Shown here in pieces: positions 61,040-64,000 of a DNA stretch of 64,000 bases. Numbering within the stretch: position 1 is the first letter of the stretch; every line of letters begins with the position of its first letter. Both the position numbers and the translations under genes were made by a program. The stretch comes from a virus. The notes under the pieces are model-generated. The model was not told the origin of the DNA. It did no database searches and worked only from the letters and a program-made list of their open reading frames with translations. Location: the IMG/VR virus record IMGVR_UViG_3300029267_002727, positions 33,715-97,714 of that record. One strand, written 5' to 3'.

Positions 61040-62275
61040 TCAGTCACTCCTTTCATTCTCTTGATGAAGCACGAATAACGGTTCCGAGATCTCCACATCC
61101 ATGAGATCGGTGTGCTTCACGGGCTTGTAATCGTCCTCGGCAACCCGGTAATGGAGCCAGCGCAGTTGTGTTTGTGACGACCACCCGCCGCCAGATAGCT
61201 GCGTGTGGCTGATCACCCCGCCGATTTCTGGCGTGAGCGCCTTCTCGGCCAAGTAGATGTTCTGGCTCTCAAAGCAGCCGGGGTTGAGGACGGTCATGGG
61301 GCCATGAAAGAACAGGTCCTTGTAATGGACGTGGCCCCATTGTAGGATAACAATCAATCGTGTTTCGGCCTCTGTGACGGCCTCGTTCAGCCAGTCTTTT
61401 GTGGCGTCCTCCGCGCCCTTCTGGCCTCTATATGACTTGGCGTAAGGTGCCCCTCCGGTTGGGTGCCACATACGCACGTTCAGTGCCCCGGTGTCTCCCT
61501 GCATAAGTGGGATGTCTGACTTTCCAAACCCGGCGTATACACAGTCACTGCGATGCTCACAGATGGTGCGAACCACGTTGACGCCGTCTGCTTTGAAGTG
61601 TGACTCGTCGTGGTTCCCGCCCATCAGGAGCCAGGTAAAGCCCTCGTACTGGGGCAGGCCTTCGCAGGCTGCGTCGATCTGCTCGTCACCTCCATAAGCG
61701 TACAGGTCAAAGTTGATACCCCGGTACATATTGATGCCGTGGGTGATATCGCCGCTCACGAGTCCATATTTGCATCCCTCCTCTTCTACGGCCACCTTGG
61801 TGATATGCCGCAGGGCACTATTTTGGTGATGGATCGACCCAAAATGCAGGTCCGACAGGTGAAGCAATGAGATCATTTGGCCCTGTGGCCAGATGTAGTC
61901 CAACTTGGGCCGGTGCGCCGGCCGCTTGGGCATCACGATCTTGTTCGCTCGCTCGGAGAGCTCGTAGCGCCCGCTCTCGCGCATGCCAGCGAGGATCTTG
62001 TCGATAGTGCCGGGCCCTACATCCAGGATGTCCGCGAGATGGATCCTGGTCTGGGGCCCGTGCTTGAGAGCCTTGACGACCTGCTCTGTGCGGGCATCCA
62101 CCACTTCTTCCAGGCTCTCCCCTTCGGGCCACGTGTTTTCCATGGTGTCCTTGAGGGAGGATGGCGGTATACCCAGAGCCCTCGACGCCGCTGCCCAGGT
62201 TTGTTTTCCTCCATTTTTAAGGTACTCGATGACCGCTTGCCTCACCTGTTCTGGGTCGTACTTTCTTTTGGGCAT
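61040..62275 (-). CDS. HTH-fused calcineurin-like metallophosphoesterase
   Basis: SDLHFG, GDITHG, GNHD, WHP, GHVH; two N-terminal HTH-like segments. Confidence 0.85.
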   Translation of the reverse strand: MPKRKYDPEQVRQAVIEYLKNGGKQTWAAASRALGIPPSSLKDTMENTWPEGESLEEVVDARTEQVVKALKHGPQTRIHLADILDVGPGTIDKILAGMRESGRYELSERANKIVMPKRPAHRPKLDYIWPQGQMISLLHLSDLHFGSIHHQNSALRHITKVAVEEEGCKYGLVSGDITHGINMYRGINFDLYAYGGDEQIDAACEGLPQYEGFTWLLMGGNHDESHFKADGVNVVRTICEHRSDCVYAGFGKSDIPLMQGDTGALNVRMWHPTGGAPYAKSYRGQKGAEDATKDWLNEAVTEAETRLIVILQWGHVHYKDLFFHGPMTVLNPGCFESQNIYLAEKALTPEIGGVISHTQLSGGGWSSQTQLRWLHYRVAEDDYKPVKHTDLMDVEISEPLFVLHQENERSD

Positions 62276-62295
62276 TGTTTTCCACCTCCTCTATT

Positions 62296-62325
62296 AGTGT
62301 AGCAAAGAACTTAACACTTGTCAAG
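62296..62325 (-). promoter_or_regulatory. Sigma70 promoter with putative operator
   Basis: TTGACA-17-TACACT with extended -10 TG; CTTGAC-aagt-GTTAAG. Confidence 0.8.
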
Positions 62326-62441
62326 GGGTGGATTTCGCCCCGGCAAAATATCCATGCAGGCCTCCTTTGTCCCCAGTATACACCTTGTTGGGCGTCTCGT
62401 CCAGTACCGATATCCCAAATATATCGCAGATTTATCCCAAA

Positions 62442-63038
62442 TCAGGCGCCGTCCCACTCGCAGACTCTTTTGACTAAGGCTGGGTCTACGCCGTGCTCGA
62501 TGTAGAAGATAGATGGCTGCACCCACTTGTACCTGGTATCGCCCACGTAGGTGTTTGGCGTCGGGATACTCCACATGTTCGTAATGCATATCTGGTTGTG
62601 CAGGTGGGCGCTGTACTGGCCACCTGCGTTGCCAATGGATCCCAGGCTGTCGCCGATCCGCACGACCTGGCCATCGCTGACTGCCATATCTTTCAGGTGC
62701 CAGCCAGCCCACACGACCAACTCGCCGGTGCGTGCGACACCCAGAAGCTGTACGATATTTCCAATGCGGTTACCCCAGTCGCGCGCGTTGAGAACGATGC
62801 CCGAAAACGGCGCAACGAGCGGTTCCCCCAAGTCAGTATCGCCCCCAGATTCGAGGTTAAAATCCTCACATCGGTCGGGGTGATAGTCATACGCCCCAAA
62901 GCGCCGGGTTGCCTCGTACCAAGGTTGGCCCAGGTTTGCCATAGGCAGCCTGAAGTCCTCAGCGTAGGGGATGCCCTCGATTGTGCCATGGCAATCTTGG
63001 CACTTAATTGTCACACTCTGACCGGGTTTTAGTTCCAC
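62442..63038 (-). CDS. M23-family peptidase, probable endolysin
   Basis: YHPDRCEDFN, APFSGIV, GNIV, WHL, V..GQ.V..G..LGSIGN, AHLH. Confidence 0.82.
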   Translation of the reverse strand: MELKPGQSVTIKCQDCHGTIEGIPYAEDFRLPMANLGQPWYEATRRFGAYDYHPDRCEDFNLESGGDTDLGEPLVAPFSGIVLNARDWGNRIGNIVQLLGVARTGELVVWAGWHLKDMAVSDGQVVRIGDSLGSIGNAGGQYSAHLHNQICITNMWSIPTPNTYVGDTRYKWVQPSIFYIEHGVDPALVKRVCEWDGA

Positions 63039-63136
63039 TTTGCCACCTCTCTCGACTCAAACACAAGGCAACGGTGGCTACGCTCGTCGCCCCAGTCTTG
63101 CTCAAAGTTACCATTCTTGAGTAGATTTTCGCTCAT
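63029..63136 (-). pseudogene. 35-codon ORF resembling the truncated start of a carbohydrate-binding-domain protein
   Basis: MSENLLKNGNFEQDWGDERSHRCLVF after AGGAGG. Confidence 0.4.
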
Positions 63137-63166
63137 ACTTGCCTCCTGTGACAGGTTTATCGCAGT

Positions 63167-64000
63167 CTACCAGGCTCGCTGGTGCTGCGTAGAATCTGTG
63201 TGATTCGATAGCCAACCGTTGGCCTTCTGCTGGGTGGTAGACGTGGCCGCCTGTGTGTTCAAGGAACTCCCAGTGTCCTGGAACACCAGGAACTCGACGT
63301 ACGTGCCAGCTGCCATGTAGAACATGCCTGTCACGACCGAGACACTGGTCGACGCATTCAGACCAGCATAAACGTCGTTAAGCCCCAGCTTGGTAGTGCC
63401 ATCCTTCTGGATCATGATGGCCTGCTTGCGGTCGACAGCGCCAGGGGATGCAAAGGTAACGCCTCCGCCAGCGATGTAATATCCGGCAGTCTTAGCATAC
63501 AGCTTGGTATCAGGGCTCAAGGCGGTGCCGCCGAATCCACTGTCTGTATCGTGCACCTGGCTGTTGAAGTCCAGTGCTGTCCACGAACCGTGGGGGATGC
63601 TCTGCGTCGTGGTACGGATGGCGCGACAGCCGCGGGCCGTGCAGGCTGCGATCTCGCCATCCTTCAGTTGCACGCTGTCGATGGTCACACCCGAACCGGA
63701 GGACCGCTCGGCCACCGTGTTCGTCTTAATGCCATTGGTGAAAGTCTGCGCCTGACTGCTGCCCCCAGTGCGTGCGCCGGTGGCCAGGAGATACTGTGTG
63801 TGGTCGTCATCAGTCAGCCCATTCAGCGCCGCGCCATGGTCGAGCTTGCCGCCTTCGGCGTCGCTCTGGTGATTGTGCACAGCGTCGGCCCATACCACGT
63901 CCCAGTCCAACTGCCCGCCCGAGTCCGCAGCATGAGTGTGGGCCTCGTCGTGATGATCGTCTGTGCCCACGCCAGAGAGGTCGCTGTGAGCAACCTGCCC
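63167..64000 (-). CDS. Tail fibre C-terminal part with HxH motifs and C1q-like head (5' end outside the window)
   Basis: HTH/HNH dyads, HG.L.GL.DDDHTQY, TQSIP..WTAL.F..HDTD, AGYY, YVEFLVFQDTG. Confidence 0.7.
   Translation of the reverse strand, partial: GQVAHSDLSGVGTDDHHDEAHTHAADSGGQLDWDVVWADAVHNHQSDAEGGKLDHGAALNGLTDDDHTQYLLATGARTGGSSQAQTFTNGIKTNTVAERSSGSGVTIDSVQLKDGEIAACTARGCRAIRTTTQSIPHGSWTALDFNSQVHDTDSGFGGTALSPDTKLYAKTAGYYIAGGGVTFASPGAVDRKQAIMIQKDGTTKLGLNDVYAGLNASTSVSVVTGMFYMAAGTYVEFLVFQDTGSSLNTQAATSTTQQKANGWLSNHTDSTQHQRAW

Larger units (their letters stand above)
1..64000. mobile_element. Segment of a large tailed bacteriophage / phage-plasmid genome
   Basis: Dense small co-oriented ORFs with strong GGAGG RBS and overlapping stop/start codons; phage-type replication, recombination, lysis and tail-fibre genes; no host housekeeping genes. 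Confidence 0.93.

Noticed and set aside
1-64000. Stop-codon reassignment explaining the many short ORFs
   Set aside because: TAA, TAG and TGA all end genes that are followed at once by a new RBS and start, and known enzymes are full length in the standard code

Overview
The whole window reads as part of a large, GC-rich tailed-phage genome, probably a temperate phage-plasmid. A Chloroflexota/Anaerolineae-like host is a tentative inference. Layout: (i) 1-8.2 kb, minus strand: nucleotide-sugar/glycosylation cluster (epimerase, Nudix, two dehydrogenases, GT2, two methyltransferases). (ii) 8.3-13.8 kb, plus strand: small early genes; the intergenic spacers up to 11 kb are filled with strand-specific, covarying hairpin elements. 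(iii) 13.9-38.6 kb: very dense small, mostly acidic genes, including an array of 10 genes carrying 14 RMF-like (Rmf/CrpP-fold) motifs, SSB, a lone reverse-strand TerS-like gene, a GIY-YIG nuclease, an Ocr-like protein and several local paralog expansions. (iv) 38.7-60.6 kb: regulation, replication, recombination and partition (LexA-like DNA-binding domain, RecU-like nuclease, initiator with internal iterons, DnaC-like loader, DNA MTase, SF2 helicase, Rad52-like annealase, exonuclease, ParM/ParR). (v) 60.7-64 kb, minus strand: holin-like gene, metallophosphoesterase, M23 endolysin, tail fibre. Six sigma70-type promoters share a palindromic CTTGAC-N4-GTYNAG element. The strongest novelty candidates are the RMF-fold array, the overlapping tandem-hairpin elements and the LexA-like regulon. 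All protein calls rest on motif recognition by eye; no searches were run. Many small hypothetical ORFs are covered only by region-level entries or not listed.
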